Part shown: positions 63,958 to 64,000 of the stretch, one piece after another
How positions within the stretch are numbered: position 1 is the first letter of the stretch
How the letters are laid out: each line of letters starts with the position of its first letter
Source: an uncultured Gemmataceae bacterium
GTDB lineage: Bacteria > Planctomycetota > Planctomycetia > Gemmatales > Gemmataceae
Direction of reading: 5' to 3'
NCBI GenBank assembly: GCA_963750165.1
Contig: CAVVPN010000011.1
Coordinates: 1,088,001 to 1,152,000, forward strand
Length of the DNA: 64,000 bases
Made by a program: the position numbers and the translations under genes
Notes under the pieces: model-generated
Databases searched by the model: none
Seen by the model: the letters and a program-made list of their open reading frames with translations, nothing else
Told to the model about the DNA's origin: nothing

Positions 63958-64000
63958 GCCGGGTTGCCGCCGCGCGGCGCTCGTCGAGCCGCCGGATGAC

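Overview
High-GC planctomycete DNA: the 16S carries the Pla46 signature, and DUF1549/1553, ECF-kinase and TIGR03067 genes suggest a Gemmataceae-like organism. Several 1-nt frameshifts, including one in housekeeping purQ, suggest long-read indel errors. From left to right: (i) an amidohydrolase/YcaC/HxlR cluster and a stand-alone infC with an ATT start. (ii) A ~25 kb capsid-less integrative element (~4.9-29.6 kb) with a tyrosine integrase, DUF1580, a 1421-aa primase-helicase-PolA fusion containing a candidate internal origin, and terminase genes. Its cargo is a SNF2 helicase/DUF1156 methylase/DUF499 ATPase restriction-like system followed by an ADP-ribosylglycohydrolase and a PD-(D/E)XK nuclease. 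Its right end was removed at an IS21 element. (iii) An IS5-family-disrupted kinase-WD40 gene, HNH genes and a damaged tRNA-Leu. (iv) Core genes. (v) An unlinked 16S rRNA gene interrupted at E. coli position 1396 by an 822-nt group IIC-like intron encoding a LAGLIDADG endonuclease whose ORF has no stop codon inside the intron. (vi) purQ, parDE, nadC, tRNA-Val, a DEAD-box helicase, a ClC channel and a MITE-disrupted ECF sigma gene. All family assignments come from motif recognition, not database searches.
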